Below, piece by piece: positions 63,677-64,000 of a stretch of DNA of 64,000 nt. Numbering within the stretch: the first letter of the stretch is position 1; every line of letters starts with the position of its first letter. The stretch covers positions 39,743,411 through 39,807,410 of the forward strand of contig JAHRHZ010000139.1 in NCBI GenBank assembly GCA_024137785.1, given 5' to 3'. Below the pieces are notes generated by a model that was given only the letters and a program-made list of their open reading frames with translations, did not search any database and was not told where the DNA came from. The position numbers and the translations under genes were made by a program. This DNA is from Ginglymostoma cirratum (taxonomy: Eukaryota).

Positions 63677-64000
63677 CCGTCTCTAAGTCACCGCTACTCT
63701 GTCCCCAGTGCCCACTGTAGACTTGCGTCTTGTCATTGTCCAGTATGGGTACATGACATACTGGCGAGCAATTGGACAATTCCAAAGATCAGTATTTATT
63801 TACAGCCATTGAAAGTGAATACAAACAAAACTATTAGAAGCAGGGTTCACCAAAATAACACAAACCAAATGCTGGCATGATGCTCAGTGACTATTTTCCA
63901 ATCCACAACAGTCTGCTGCACCTGGTTCCCCTCTACAGGATCCAGGGGTCAGTCAGGTCCTGTCTGGCTTGTAGCACCTGATGCAGCTGAGCCCTGTCAA

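Overview
Vertebrate nuclear DNA, most likely an elasmobranch (shark); this is inferred from HE1-like V-SINEs, Deu-domain SINEs and CR1 LINE families. The only confidently identifiable host coding sequence is the 750-bp second coding exon of the serotonin receptor gene HTR7 on the minus strand (43259-42510, in-frame TAA at 42508-42506). Exon 1 is not in the window, so intron 1 exceeds 20 kb. A weakly supported plus-strand terminal exon of an unknown gene lies at 2805-2891. The rest is dominated by transposon debris: many CR1 LINEs, an old L2 riddled with nested insertions, at least four tRNA-derived SINE families, three decayed Harbinger transposons, a Ty3/Gypsy relic and solo LTRs. The most striking signal is a Penelope-like retroelement (PLE) system carrying hammerhead ribozyme cores: an open RT frame at 1-1140 that the ORF track misses, a GIY-YIG C-terminal fragment, nine hammerhead-type cores in two families, ~100-bp mini-elements with target-site duplications (TSDs), and a double-hammerhead palindrome. 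Both 400-N assembly gaps abut PLE termini. Most short ORFs in the track are spurious or transposon-derived. Repeat family names come from recognition by eye, and boundaries of old repeats are approximate.
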